The translations under genes were made by a program, and so were the position numbers. The notes beneath the pieces are model-generated. The model saw only the letters and a program-made list of their open reading frames with translations, was not told the origin of the DNA and did not search any database. From positions 5,024,001-5,088,000 of the forward strand of contig NC_087251.1 in NCBI RefSeq assembly GCF_037042905.1: a stretch of DNA of 64,000 nt, in the 5' to 3' direction. The stretch comes from Lytechinus pictus (lineage: Eukaryota). Numbering within the stretch: position 1 is the first letter of the stretch; every line of letters starts with the position of its first letter. Shown here piece after piece: positions 1-12,600 of this stretch.

Positions 1-787
1 AAGGCTGCACCCTTCAGTTGGGTGCAATTGTGCACCCTAAGTGAAAAAAGGGGGGAAATTCACCTGTTTGTACATGTTTGCTTTGAAAATACCCGTTTTC
101 CTCATTAAAAAAGTTGAAAAATTGTCTTAAAGGTACCACTTTGTACAATGCGTACCCTTAATTGATGATGAAAATGTAGCAATCTGCATGCACCCAAACG
201 GCTGCAAAAGTTCGTATGTTCCAAATTTCCGACTTTTGCCCTTGGTTTGTAATAGAGACAACTTGGTCATGTTAGACACATGTCTACCCTTCAATCGACA
301 GTGTCAAATCTGCTATTAAGTTGGTTTATTCGATTTCAATGGTTTGATAGGTTTATAAGACACTGTTTACCTGTAAATGGTATACGCAGAAATTGCTTAG
401 ATCTTTTTGATTTTAGCAAATAATAAAATCAGTTAAAGGTTATACTGATCACATTTTTTGACACTTATTGATCAATAATTTATTGATGTGTCATCATAAG
501 ACAAAACATTAATTAAAAGACACATTTTTACTTTACCCACATGACCTAGGGAAGGGTTGTTTTGCAACCATTGGATAATATAAGTATGGAATGACGCCCA
601 ATCAGTCACATAATGAGGAACTATATGTAAATTACATTGAAAATACAGATAAAGATGCAGTACCCCCCCCCCGACACACCCACACTAACACCTACCTACC
701 TATAGTATGGGGAATGTGTATTGCAGTAATTGAGTCACTCTTTGACTTACGCCATGAACATGATGAAGTTCTTTCCGTATTACCTAC

Positions 788-1192
788 GGTAAATTGCCAA
801 TTCGTCTACTGCCAACTCGTCCACTCACCACATGGTCTACTTTAATTTAGTCTAATGCCATTCCGTCCATCAGCATTTCGTCCATTTGGTCCATTATTTT
901 GATTCAATCATCACTTTGTCTAATACCCATTTTGTCTATTACCATTTCGTCTCATAACCAGGTGGTCATATATATTTCTTTTTCAGTCATTTTGCACAAT
1001 TTAACACTTAGTCCACTTTGAACAAATGGTATATGGACTAAATGGCTCTTGGTCCAACTAGTTATTAGACAGAATGGCATTAGATTAATGAAAGTAGACC
1101 GTGTGGTGAGTGGGCGAACTTATGGTGGACCAAATGATAGTAGACGAGTTGGCAATTGGAGGAATTGACATTAGACGAATTGGAAATAAACC
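788..1192. mobile_element. Non-autonomous foldback-type DNA transposon (MITE) with long imperfect TIRs made of short subrepeats
   Basis: The left end GGTAAATTGCCAATTCGTCTAC...CCACTCACCACATGGTCTACTTT matches the reverse complement of the right end (...AAAGTAGACCGTGTGGTGAGTGG...TAGACGAATTGGAAATAAACC). Flanks TTACCTAC (780-787) and TTATCTAC (1193-1200) form an 8-bp TSD with 1 mismatch. Superfamily (MuDR/foldback or hAT) is uncertain. Confidence 0.75.
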
Positions 1193-3830
1193 TTATCTAC
1201 ATGATCTACGCCCTCTGTCTCATGTCACCCCAAAGCTACACTGAGCCTCCCCCGGCCTTCCCCTCTCTCCCTCTCTTTCTCTCTCATCTACATCTTTCTT
1301 AATATAAAAATGGTCTTTATGACATCGTTGTGACACTCGGCTGTGACACTGTATAAATTTATTTCATAGACCTATTACAAATAGGTCCATGTTCAATCAT
1401 TTTGATTTGGGTTTTAAAAAGCATCAGATAAAGAAAAAGCGAAGCAGCTCACATTATATTCGTTATAACACGTTGGGTCCGACCTATCCTTCATAAACCA
1501 TTGTGATCTTTACCTTCTTTCAATATGACCAATGCAAATCTGCATGTCCTTACTGAATATATTTACCAAACACGAATCCTAAAATGGGACAATATTAGTT
1601 CATAGGGTCCTTCAGTATGAATTCAGCTATAATGCTGAACCTCGTGACAAAACTGTATTTGCAGTGGCTTTCCCCGGGCTATAGAATTCGGGTAAACGAA
1701 GGGTTTGTTTTATACAGCAAAATAAATACATACTTCTTGACGGTTGCTTGTACGTTTCCAGCTTGGGTCAAATGTGAATGGATATAGTAGAGGGATGGGG
1801 GAAGGGGTTGACTACATTTTGCAAGCTTCCTCGAATATGCGTAAAGCATTTGTCGTAGATATACTGTTAACATGGTTATTTTTTTAATGACAACAAATAT
1901 TTCCACCCTTTCAAGGAATTCCATCATTCATTCTATAAGAATTACAAATGAATTGAATTTAAAATGAAATGTATTTATAATAAAAACAATTATAAAAATG
2001 GTTCTGTCGTCACCATGAGGAGAAATATATGAATGGGTTAACTTTAAAAAAATTAAATTGCAAGCAATATATGATAAATAATTCTAATTCCATTTCCCCA
2101 TCCAGATTTCTTATGATGTATGGCAATATACAATTTTTACAATATCATTTAACAAAATTTCAATCATATCAATGTTAAAGATCACAGATCAAAACAATTG
2201 AAATATCTTAGTACTTTCGGATGCTTCCCAATAGTTTCATTACATGAAAAACGGGCGTCATCGTTGTTTTTTCTTTTATGCATTATCACCTGACTTTTTT
2301 GGGGAAAATAATGCACAGGCGTTTCTACAAAGTATGTCTTAATAAAGCAATTTTTTGCAATGGGGTTCATTAACGGATTTAATTCTCGTGTTATTTCCTT
2401 ATCTATATATATTCGACTTCAATGGAAAACGAGTATCTCCTCTCTGATTAGGGATTGCCAAAAACTCAAGTCTCCGTGGTGGTATATACTCTGACAAAGT
2501 TTAGGCTAAATCTTGTCTTATCTCTGGAATTGTGCCCATTTCACAAGGCTAGTAATGTGTTAGTCCCAATAATAGGTAACTTATTGCAAGTGATTAGCCT
2601 GCCTCAACGGATAAAGTTCATATTTTGGAGGTAGATCTTAACTACCGTCTTATCAGTGCTTTAAGACTCCGATTTCTTATCTTTACCCGACGGTTGATTA
2701 TACCCCATTGTGACTTGGTTATTTTTCTATCTTATTCTTTAACGGCCTGTTTTTATGGAACTAACTCGAGTTTATCGCATGGATAAGATTAAAGGTGATG
2801 CGAGAGCTGATGAGAAGCAAAATAGATTAGTTAAGAGAAAATGCAATAAAACGAACCGTTTTCCTATATCCACCGCAATTACAATCATTAGTTACCTAGA
2901 ACGCTCCTCAACCTATATCCACCACTAATACGTTTCGATATAGGCGGAATGAGGAGGCGGGAATGGCTGAAAGCATTAATTGTAAATGAATTAGAAAGCT
3001 AGTCAGATTTCATAACCGTCCATTACACGCCCAATCAAGAGATATTAACCTAAATTAACCTGGATTAGATGCTCATGTCAAAATGAGAAGGAGAAAGATG
3101 GAAAATTTAGGAAAATGCATCACATTCTGCATGCTCTGCGGCAGTGGTATAATGGCGAAAATATTGATCATGTTGTTGAGGTAATAAACTTGGTTTAATC
3201 TTACATATTAGATTATTTCTCATTCAAAATATGTTGGGATTATAGAGTTTAAATGATTGTAGATTTGTGGAATAGACCTATTTGGCCATGTTGACTCAAA
3301 AGACATCCATAGTCCCATTCAAACCTCATTTCTAATTTCAAAGGCAATTACAGCATGTACAAAGAGCATAATTTTATTCTTCCGAAATGCAAAACATATT
3401 AATAATAATTCAAAAGTTTCCAAATTAATGTTCATAGTTATTATACGATATTTTATGATTATAACATTATAATATCAATGTGAAAATATGAAAGTTCTTT
3501 GACATTATAATTGTCAATTCTTGGACACATTAATTAACTCTTTATTGTAGCATGGAGTCTTTTCCTCATGACCTTTCAAAATTCGTATGACGCTGTAGTT
3601 TTTCATGTTTGTTAGAAAGTTACATGTAATGATTTTGTGTGGTTTAAAATACTCTACATTAAGCTTTACATAGTTTTCAGTTTGAAATCTGATTAGTTTT
3701 AAATAGATTAATGATTCCATTTTTTAAACAAGTCATGTAATCTGAACATTGATAATCTATTACAAAAATACACTTCGACAATCATCAATCACAATAGAAA
3801 TGTCCAACGCATTGTATTCAGCGAATTTAG

Positions 3831-3981
3831 AGCAACCATAGGACCGACGACTTAAGGTCCTCTCCGAAGGACCTGGTACTAAGGATTAATGCCTTACCAA
3901 AGGGCACTAGCGCACCAAGTGGGAATCGAACCCAGGTCACAGGAACACGAATTTCCCGCTCTACCGACTGAGCTATCGCTC
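3831..3981 (-). mobile_element. tRNA-derived SINE (same family as 60562-60750)
   Basis: The minus strand has an A box (TAGCTCAGTCGGTAG) and a B box (GGTTCGATTCCC), then the body GCCCTTTGGTAAGGCATTAATCCT...ACCAGGTCCTTCGGAGAGGAC, which recurs at about 60646-60694 on the + strand. Confidence 0.8.
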
Positions 3982-4190
3982 ACAAATCATTTCGGTACAA
4001 CTTACTGTGCATCTAAACTCTCATTCGTTAAAATGGAAACGTGTGATGATATTAAACTAAATATTAAACATTTTACTCTTAAAACGATTCCGTTATATAT
4101 CATTTTCATAATATGGAATGCTACTTTTCTTAACAAAGAATAATCTACTCTTCGTCAATTTAAAACTTGTCATATAATTATCACAATATA

Positions 4191-4432
4191 CACTGCAAAA
4201 ACCCTGGTGTTGATTTAACACCAGCCCAGAATCTATATATGTCCACACCAGAGAAATGTTAAACAACACCAGTTTCGTTTCGGTCTAACACCAGATAGGT
4301 GTTTATACAACACCAATTAGTATTAAAACAGCATCGGTTTGATTCCAAACTGGTGTTGCTTCAATACTTCTCTGGTGTGGACATATATAGATTCCGGGCT
4401 GGTGTTAAATCAACACCAGAGTTTTTGCAGTG
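4191..4432 (+). mobile_element. 242-bp palindromic MITE with CACTG...CAGTG ends (EnSpm/CACTA-like)
   Basis: About 60-bp near-perfect TIRs (CACTGCAAAAACCCTGGTGTTGATTTAACACCAGCCC...), TA on both flanks, and many internal AACACCA motifs. A second copy lies at 6630-6871. Confidence 0.85.
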
Positions 4433-6629
4433 TAGATAATACACGATCAGAAAATGGCATTTTAAACCATAATTGTATGAAATAAGAAAATCAGACCAAC
4501 ATTTGCCATTATTTTACTTGATGCAATATGTGCCAAAATTATAGTGTTTATTCAGTTTCAAAGTTAAACTCAATTTAAGAATTTACCCCATCCACAATAC
4601 AACACATTACTCATTCACTCACATAATACCCTTTAATTTGTAATGGTTCTTAATCCTGTTTTATTTCAAATATGAAGAGTGATCAATATTCACCCATTAT
4701 GAGACGTGACGAAATTTTATGACGTAATTTTATGAGTACATGCGTTTATATATTGTATCACAGATGATACGTTATTGCATTTATTGCACAAGCTTGTAAA
4801 GCAGGTGAATATGAAATACTCTGAATTTTAGAAAAATTATGAAAAAACCTTATTATTCTTTAACAATGAAAATTACTCAAACTCCACGCCAAAAATGATA
4901 TTTGATATAGTCACCTACGTCCAAAATATATATTTTAAAAAATTCTCGCTTATATGCAAATTAGTAATTAAAACCGCAATGTTAACCTATCATGAAAGTT
5001 ATATAATTTTATTATCTGGCTAAATAGTTATTCATTCATTTAAATCTTTGACTATACTCATAATATGTTTATTGTAAGTTGTTTCTTATTAGCTTTGTTT
5101 CAGATATGCATACTTTAGAATAATATAATGATATGTGTGGTAATTTGTACGTTTTGTTTTGTTTAATTTTTGTAATATGTTACGTAAACGGTAATTAAGA
5201 ATTAATAAACGAAAAATGGAAAGAAATTATGTTCAAAGAAACCTTAGAATTTCCATTCATCTCAGATTACATTACATACCATGGTAACGAAAAAAATGAT
5301 GTATATTCTGAATTAGCCATGCATGCATGGATGAGAGTCATGACTATTTAGGTGTAAAATGGCATGGTTTCACATTACCTGTTGAGGCGAAGTATTATCA
5401 TTCTCACATCCTGTGTATGTCATGTATAGGCGTTTTAAATTGGATGGAGTACCTTTCGGTAAGAAACTGGAAATCTGCCTACCACTGTCAGATAAAGACG
5501 TTTGTATCATCGTATTTCAACCACCCCTATCTCCTCGCTCTCGGCAAAATACGCCACAACAAATTTAAAATGGATATTTATGGCAATTTAGCCAGAGACT
5601 TAAGGATGTTTTCCCGGGGCTAGAGAGGGAGGAGAAAGGAGTTATGGAGTGGAGAGCTCGCATCCGAACCTATTTCCTGGGCGAGTTGGAGTGGGATAGA
5701 GCCGCGGATGAGATATATTAGCCGGTCATCTCCGCGGGGCATGCGACGGGAATGGCACGGGGAAGTAGCGGCTTCATAGCAACCCGAGCACCCGATGTAG
5801 CACAGCAATTCCATCCTCTTATTTTATACCGCTGAAATTGTTGCAGATCATTTCCAAAAAAAAACTTCTACATAATAATGACAATATCCTTATTTTAGTT
5901 GCATTTGGCCATCACCATACCACACACAAAAATATCATTTCATTTTTGTTTTATTTGGTCAATTTGGTCAATATAAACAGTGTATTGGTAAGTAATGGGT
6001 TTGGCCCAAAAATAATTAACATTTACCAATATTTTGTGGTCATCATTATCAAATCAGTGGTTAAAAAGTACCAGAATTTTGTGTGTTGACATTTTTTTGG
6101 GGGGTGGGGGCGTCTGATTAATGCCAAGTTTAAAGGGGGAAATGAGAGATATAAGACAATACTCATATTACCAATTTTGTATGGAATAATAATGTGGCTT
6201 TCATGATTATGTATGGGAGAAAGGAATAGAAGACAAACTAAGTAACAAAGGGAGATCGATGTGAGGGGGGTAATCGATACAAAGCGAGAGAATGAGAGGG
6301 GAAGAACGGATAGAGAATTGCGAAAATGTGTATTAATATGTTAAAAATATACCAAAACCATTTATATCATTATTTTATTCTGCCATTGGGAGTATACTGT
6401 GATGATATTTCATTTGCATGATATATGAACTTATAGTTGAATTTTAGCTAGTCAAGTTATAAAGTAAACGCTTGAGGTGATGAGGTTTCGTGTTAATGTA
6501 ATTAAGCGTTCTATTAAATGTGCGTAAAGCATGGGCAATTGAATACCATTTTATCTATTCATTGATTTGAATTGTCTTATTATCATTTAGAAAAACGTCC
6601 TTTTTTAACACAGAGTCATATCCCATATA

Positions 6630-6871
6630 CACTGCAAAAACTCCGGTGTTGATTTAACACCAGCCCGGAATCTATATCTGTCCACACCAGAAAAGTATTG
6701 AAATAACACCAGTTTGGAATCAAACCGATGCTTTTTAATACTAATTGGTGTTGTATAAACACATATCTGGTGTTAGACCAAAACCAAACTGGTGTTGTTT
6801 AACACCTCTCTGATGTGGACAGATATAGATTCCGGGCTGGTGTTAAATCAACACCGGAGTTTTTTGCAGTG
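6630..6871 (-). mobile_element. Second copy of the 242-bp CACTG...CAGTG MITE, inverted relative to 4191-4432
   Basis: Same TIRs, same length and TA flanks. The internal segment is the reverse complement of the first copy's. Confidence 0.85.
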
Positions 6872-6979
6872 TAAGCATAGACACATATTTATGCAAAACA
6901 ATTCAGACCTAAAAGAGAATCAAGTCCTCATCTTTCAAGCTCTCGTCTTTGCTTTCTCTGATTTAAATTTTAGATTCTG

Positions 6980-7440
6980 TTTGGTGGATTAGCAGATATT
7001 ATAAGGAATTAAAAGATCCGCTGCTTTTCTTTGTAAAATCTAATCTGCTTTACTGCCGTTAAACGGTTCTTACAGTCTACCCGGGATTATTCACAGACAA
7101 TTACTTTTAGCGGGTACTCTTTGAAGAAACTAATGGCGTGGTGGCTCTATTATTCATCAATTAGCCCCCCCCCCCTTTATTTCTATTGTTATGTAACACG
7201 TATGATCAGAAAGAATTTAAACAGGGATTAATAGTTGAGGAAGGGATAGAGCCCCGTAAAATTTGGAAAGTCAGCAAATTTTCCCACAGTTTATTCAACA
7301 GATTTTTTTCAAACTCTAGACCATGGCATAATAAGCATAAAATAAGCCGAATTGCCATCATCAATGATCTGTAAAACAAATCGCATTTCGTCATGAATAT
7401 TATAACAAAAAAAGGGCGCTCCCCTTCAAAGGAAAGAACG
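6980..7440. promoter_or_regulatory. Candidate downstream foxA cis-regulatory module (Otx, TCF and Su(H) motifs)
   Basis: GGATTA at 6986, 7084 and 7225; TAATCT at 7041; CTTTGAA at 7119; TTCAAAG at 7425; TTCCCACA (Su(H) TGTGGGAA on the minus strand) at 7281-7288. Motif matches only. Confidence 0.45.
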
Positions 7441-8459
7441 TATTTCATATTTAAGATAATTATTCAGGTAATAATCTTTAGATTCTCAAACCCAGCAGTA
7501 TATAAGGCATCCCCTTTAATGAATAAATGTTATTGTCGTATCCAATTAAACGTGATATCAAATGATCCCATTATACAAGTTAATTCTTATTGAATTTTGT
7601 ATAAACCCTCATGCTAATGAAGGTGTGATATTTGTAAGATTCCCATGGTTTTTTTTTTATTGAAAATTATATATCCAAATGTCAACTGGGGTTAAAACAT
7701 TTGTTAAAGTTCTTTTTCATTATCTTCATGCTGCAATTTTCATTTATTTAATTTCTAATGTAAAAAATATTTTATTGTAAGAAATGCAATGACGTGTAAT
7801 AAGTAGTAAAGATAAGCCCAGTTGACTTTGAAAAAAATATATATATTGGCCTCTCATGTCCATATTATCATGCATCATATACACCGGACAATTGAAAGTC
7901 ATAGACATGCACACCACTCTTTCACAAACATTTTCCCGCTCGCTTTAAAATTAGACACAACAAGATCTCATTGTAGACGTCACAACCAACCAAGCATTTC
8001 ACAAGTTTAAAGTGAGGATTATAATAATCGTTGACCTTGAGTTGTTATTGTCAGCTGGTTAAGCATTCCAGTGGAAATTAATACGAATTTTGCTGTAGCA
8101 TTGGAACTTTACAAGTGTAGTTTCATCAGAAAGAAAATGTTTAATCCACCGTGATATGATTATACATTTGCCCAATGAAGTCTACTATTTTCTGTATAAT
8201 TCATGTAGAAGCATATGCCATACGTTGTGTGGTGGAAAACATAAATCATCATTTTCATCTTTATAGAGGTATCAATTTGTCCTAAGTATAATTGCAAGAT
8301 TTTTCGAATCTGTATGGTATTACTATGGGTTTAATTTGATTAATTAATCATTTTTATAACCAGGGAGCATTAGTGAATCATGCACATTATGATACTGCTA
8401 ACCACAGAAACACACACACATGCACATCGTTCACAATCACTCATTCTGTTCTACCTTAA

Positions 8460-9042
8460 AGGAGAATGAAACCCTTGAAACCAGCTGAATCCATATCAAA
8501 GAGAAAAATCAAAGGAACACATTGTTGAAAGTTTGAGGAAGATTGAATGAATAATAAGAAAGTTATGAGCATTTGAATATTGAGATCACTAGTGCCATGT
8601 AGATCCTCCCATCGGCAATGCGACCAAGATATGTGATATCACACACGTACAACTCCCTCATTACTTTAGTACTTATTTCACTTATATTCTCACTTTTATA
8701 GAATCTATCACAAGGTGAGGTGTTCTCTTTATGAGATAACAAGTACAGAGGTTTCACAACATTATATCATTGATGAATCGTTTGTCATATGATTAGAATG
8801 AGCAAAAAGAAATGTTTTGGGGTATATTTTCAGTGTCCAAATGGGAGAGTTGTACGTGTGTGACATCACAGATCTTGGTCGCATTGCCAATGGGAGGATC
8901 TCCATAGCATTAGTGATCTCGACATTCAAATGCTCATAACTCTTTTATTGCTAGTCCTATTTTACTCAAACTTTTGTTGATCTTATTTTTTTATTTTTCT
9001 GCTTTCACAAAAGCTAACTTGCTCCAAGAGTTTCATTCTCCT
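8460..9042. mobile_element. Kolobok-like non-autonomous DNA transposon (583 bp)
   Basis: TTAA on both flanks (8456-8459 and 9043-9046), a 13-bp perfect TIR AGGAGAATGAAAC/GTTTCATTCTCCT, and about 95-bp internal inverted repeats (about 8561-8657 vs 8845-8941). TTAA TSD with RR..YY ends is typical of Kolobok. Confidence 0.85.
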
Positions 9043-9319
9043 TTAACTAATAAACATGGTTAAGATTCCGAATGAAGTTACTTGAACAAAACGATGGGAA
9101 AATACTGATTGCTAGAAATGATATTGACCGACTTTGTATTTTCTGAAATGGTGCACATAATGTATGAGTACACTAAGTTTAAATTTGATACTATGAATCA
9201 AATCATAGGAAGATAAAAAGAAGTCTTTCCCAAATTATCAAGTAAATTCATCCTGTATTAACATAGTTTAAAGCGATAAACTTTGAATATTGCAATATGA
9301 AACAGGTTTTGAAATGTTT

Positions 9320-10733
9320 TCAATATATCTTTTCAGCGGTTTATTGAGAGAAAAGAAGAAAAGAACATTGCTTTTCTTTTGAACATCTTTGCTCGATATA
9401 TCTTAACATAGCACTCGATTAAATCTTTCTCGAAATGAAATGAACAAATAGTTTACAAGAAAATATACACACGAGTTGTGCAACGTATCTATTTCAAATT
9501 AAACAAAAACAACGTGTTATTGTATGATATGGTTTTCTTTGGCTTTTTGAATTATGAATGGAGATCACTTTTTAAATTTATAGATGATTTTTGAAAATCA
9601 ATTGAATATATATTTTTTAGGTTGCACGTTTTACTCCTTTTCTAATTAAACCAAAAAACCGAAAAGGGGTAAAAATTAACACTGTCTGTATCAAAATGGA
9701 CACGGTAACATTTACAAAAATATCATGAACTTATTAAATACAGGTGATCTATGTAATAAAATGATTACTACAAGAAAGACTGACACAAACACAAAGTTTT
9801 CAGGTGTTGACAGAGAGATGTAGGTTTAAGATTAGATATTGCATTTGGCACTTTGGTGAGATACCTTAAATCCTACATTATCATTTAGGAATAGATCCCT
9901 TTCCAAACAGTCGTCAATTAAAAAGAAATACACTTCATTTACTTTCCAGCTGAACATGATTATGCAAACATTGCACGTAATTTATCTTTTTTTCAGAATA
10001 TCATTATAAAATGACATTCTATATTTATATGGATTTGTACGACGGTGCGATAAATGAAAAGGAATACAAAATTAAATAATAATGCTGGTTATTTTCTTCT
10101 CATTCCATTATTGAATTGGGCATAGGATTTATTTTTTACGTGATGTGTTGTTATACAGAACTACGGAAACTAGCTAGATGACAAATATCCTATAACTAAT
10201 ATATATCAATATCAAATAAATAAATACCAACTATCAATTCACAATAAAATCAAGATTTCTCCGTTTTGGAATAATGTTGGAATTAAATTTGGCGATGTAA
10301 CCCACATTTCAGAATTATACATATTACAATGATTAGATCGATTTAACTCAGTGTTTCGGGTTAAATAAAAAGAACACTTAAAAATGTCAAGCTCTCTTTC
10401 TATTTCATTTAACACATGGTGACATTTGCACGAAGTGTGAATGATTGTCTGAGTAGAAAACAAGAAAATTCACTTAGAAATTGTATTTTATTTCTAAAAT
10501 TCAGCTCTGGATTCGGCGTCAAAATATTTCTTCCAAAAGAAAGTAAAAAATCTGTGGCGCTCCATCTGTAACCGTCAATAATATAACAATATCCGTGACA
10601 TAATTATCTTCTTTCTCACTTGTCTATAAACACGTAATCTATCACAAATTATAACTTTACAGGATCTTACTGACATCATAAATTGAAATAGAAAAGGTCC
10701 AAAGAGTTTTCGTTTTGTTAAACACATATTAAC
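9320..10733 (-). other. Probable foxA 3' UTR (3' end uncertain)
   Basis: U-rich on the coding strand with no recognisable TE. Minus-strand AATAAA candidates occur at 10487-10492, 10128-10133 and 9340-9345, and an ARE nonamer TTATTTATT at 10215-10223. Confidence 0.4.
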
Positions 10734-12056
10734 TCACATTGCATGATTTCCCTGAGCCGTTGTGAGCTGACTATACGTTACTTCACCTGGCCCCATTGGG
10801 GAGTTATAGTCCACGGTGGGTCTCGCACCCTGAGCCTGCATGCCCATGGAGTTGTAAGGATTGTATCCCATGGCTTCATAAGCCTTCATGTCCAGTTTAT
10901 GTTCGGGTGAGATTATACTGTTGATGGAGAATGGATGTGAATGTGCAAAGGAAGGGTGCTGACCAAGCATGCTGGCTGGATGCATGCCTGTCATCCCAGA
11001 CATACCCATGGTTGCCGTGGCTGCCGGATAGGCGATGGGACGAGATGGATTCACGTAGCTACTCATGCTGTGTGGCGGTGATAACTGATGATTCTCCATC
11101 TTATGCAGCGTACCACTTTGTTGTTGGTGTTGTGGTGTCGGGACCTGTTGTGGGTGTTCTAGTTGTTGGTTCTGGTTCGGAAGTGCCGCTTCTGATGCCA
11201 CTGAGTCAGTTGGGGTAGGATGCGATACAGGAGTTGATGGGTCCCTCGCGTTAGGGTCTCCGTTCTCGTGCGGTTGGCCGTCATCTCCGGCTGCTTTCTG
11301 CGCCTGCCGTTGAGCCTCCTTCTTGGGGCATTTGAATCTCTTCTGGCGTCTTAGATAGCATCCATTCTCGAACATATTGCCAGCGTCAGGATGAAGAGTC
11401 CAAAAACTGCCTTTTCCTGGTCGATCTGGCGTTCTTGGAACTTTAACGAAACAGTCATTGAATGATAGGCTGTGGCGAATTGAATTTTGCCACCTTTGTT
11501 GATTTTGACGGTAAAAGGGAAACAAGTCCATGATAAATTGATAAATATCACTCAAAGTCACCATTTTCTGAGGAGATTGTTGGATGGCCATTGTTATAAG
11601 AGAGATGTAAGAATAAGGAGGTTTGGCATGAGTGTATGATCTTCGGTAAGTCTTATCAGCCCGGATACGATCTATGGAGTTAGCAGCCTGAGCTTGAGCG
11701 TATCTCATTGACATAGCAGCAGGGTTATTCATTGCACCCATTGAGTTCATACCATTGATGGAGCCCATGGCATTCATACTACCTGTCATCGAGTTCATGT
11801 GGCCCATGCTTCCCATTTGCGGGTTCATCCCCATACCGGCCATGCTTGACATGCTGGACATCCCCGTCATACCCGCGTGGGTCATGCCGCTCATGCTGGT
11901 GATCGCATTCCCCGGCATTCCCGTGGTCGACATCGAGCTGTAGCTGTTCATCGACGTCATACTCCCGACGCCCGTCATACCCGTCATCGTATTCATTGAT
12001 ACGGGTGATGTCGCCGGATACCCAGGTTTGGGCGAGATCATGGCAGTATTCGCCAT
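10734..12056 (-). CDS. foxA: Forkhead box A (HNF3/fork head) transcription factor; uninterrupted ORF, 440 aa from the first ATG
   Basis: FoxA-type forkhead domain [25 protein letters not shown]...[20 protein letters not shown]...[18 protein letters not shown] (about 11328-11630), a Met/Gly/Ser-rich N-terminal region, and a C-terminal region II/eh1 motif HPFSINSII (10911-10937). The ORF track starts at GTG 12077; the first ATG is at 12056. Confidence 0.97.
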   Translation of the reverse strand: MANTAMISPKPGYPATSPVSMNTMTGMTGVGSMTSMNSYSSMSTTGMPGNAITSMSGMTHAGMTGMSSMSSMAGMGMNPQMGSMGHMNSMTGSMNAMGSINGMNSMGAMNNPAAMSMRYAQAQAANSIDRIRADKTYRRSYTHAKPPYSYISLITMAIQQSPQKMVTLSDIYQFIMDLFPFYRQNQQRWQNSIRHSLSFNDCFVKVPRTPDRPGKGSFWTLHPDAGNMFENGCYLRRQKRFKCPKKEAQRQAQKAAGDDGQPHENGDPNARDPSTPVSHPTPTDSVASEAALPNQNQQLEHPQQVPTPQHQQQSGTLHKMENHQLSPPHSMSSYVNPSRPIAYPAATATMGMSGMTGMHPASMLGQHPSFAHSHPFSINSIISPEHKLDMKAYEAMGYNPYNSMGMQAQGARPTVDYNSPMGPGEVTYSQLTTAQGNHAM

Positions 12057-12299
12057 GGGTTCCTCTTTGAAATCCACGATGGCAGATTAAAGTAACACAG
12101 TCAGAGAAGAAAAACAAGTTTGCACACACGTAGTGCCCCTCTCTCTCGATCGTGAGCTAAGTGTATGTTTGTATATATCTGCTAAAGTATATAGTGTCAG
12201 CCTCCACTGATGTGTATGCGCGTGTTGACGAGGTAAAGAGTTGTATTCAAACTGTCAGAGAGAGCACCAAACACGGCAGAGAGAATGGAAAGGAGTAAG

Positions 12300-12600
12300 C
12301 TCGACTGACCCGACTCATACACGCCTACCACTAGAGGCTAATTAATACGCCACGCCCACTTATTGTAATCTGGCAAATCAAAGACGTCGTACGTCACTTG
12401 ATTGACAACGCGTCCTTGCGGACCACCCATTAGCAACGCTCAAAGTCTTAAATTGACTGAAAGATCTGCCAATCAAATGGGGTTTTAAAAAGAAAGGTAC
12501 AAACTTGGCCCCCAAGTCTTAAGAAACACCAGATTGAAGCACATCTGAATGTAACTTGAATCCCAGGCAGATTTTAAACTCTTGTAATCCGTGAGATATT
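12300..12600 (-). promoter_or_regulatory. Candidate foxA core/proximal promoter
   Basis: Minus strand: Inr-like TCAGT (12304-12308), TATA-like TATTAAT (12341-12347), GC box GTGGGCGTGGC (about 12349-12359). Also TAATCT 12366, TCF site ATCAAAG 12377-12383, CRE-like ACGTCA 12391, CCAAT 12469 and TAATCC 12585. There is no minus-strand ATG between 12057 and 12315, consistent with a leader of about 250 nt. Confidence 0.55.

Noticed and set aside
1..250. Possible TE remnant with recurring GCACCC/GGGTGC
   Set aside because: It is truncated by the window edge and no TIR or TSD can be defined.
10931..12129. Short ORFs overlapping foxA (10931-11218 +, 11351-11551 -, 11755-11943 +, 11779-12129 -)
   Set aside because: These are by-products of codon structure in the foxA CDS with no independent support.
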